Assembly: GCA_963706595.1 (NCBI GenBank)
Contig: OY970166.1
Span: 2,752,001 to 2,816,000, forward strand
Reading direction: 5' to 3'
Length of the DNA stretch: 64,000 nt
DNA from: an uncultured cyanobacterium
GTDB taxonomy: Bacteria > Cyanobacteriota > Cyanobacteriia > Cyanobacteriales > Nostocaceae
A program made the translations under genes and the position numbers. Below the pieces are notes generated by a model. The model did not search any database and was not told the DNA's origin. It saw nothing but the letters and a program-made list of their open reading frames with translations. This document shows, piece by piece, positions 63,910-64,000 of this stretch; the first letter of the stretch is position 1; each line of letters begins with the position of its first letter.

Positions 63910-64000
63910 ACTTTTATCCTACACAGAGAAAAAGCGGGGAATGACAATCGTTAAAATTTATCCGGTATCACAGACGCGATCGCTTGACTGTTCTGACTTT

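Overview
This window comes from a heterocyst-forming (Nostocales-type) cyanobacterium. That assignment rests on abundant HIP1 GCGATCGC sites, STRR heptamer repeats, an orange carotenoid protein and chlL/chlN. Positions 610-18242 hold the cyanobacterial ribosomal protein superoperon (rplC to rpmE, with secY, adk, infA, rpoA, truA, then prfA), preceded by about 600 nt of ORF-free, helix-rich sequence. The rest mixes housekeeping genes (ABC-F, gpmI, secG, OCP, recO, deoC, rsfS, queE, chlN, chlL) with small variable islands: an MmeI-like restriction-modification enzyme, an Rpn nuclease, an orphan C5 methyltransferase, toxin-antitoxin (TA) modules and Uma2. Five observations stand out. (1) A tRNA-fMet gene is split by an ORF-less 255-nt group I intron, and an I-Ssp6803I-like homing endonuclease gene stands free just downstream. 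(2) Two unrelated TA modules sit behind the same ~70-bp leader, with dead toxins and a MITE that supplies a new start codon. (3) Accessory genes are bracketed by arms of the GCGCAGAG/CTCTGCG repeat family. (4) Long structured non-coding regions precede rplC and rpoA. (5) queE and a DUF5331-like gene are frameshifted. All calls were made by eye; no searches or folding programs were run.
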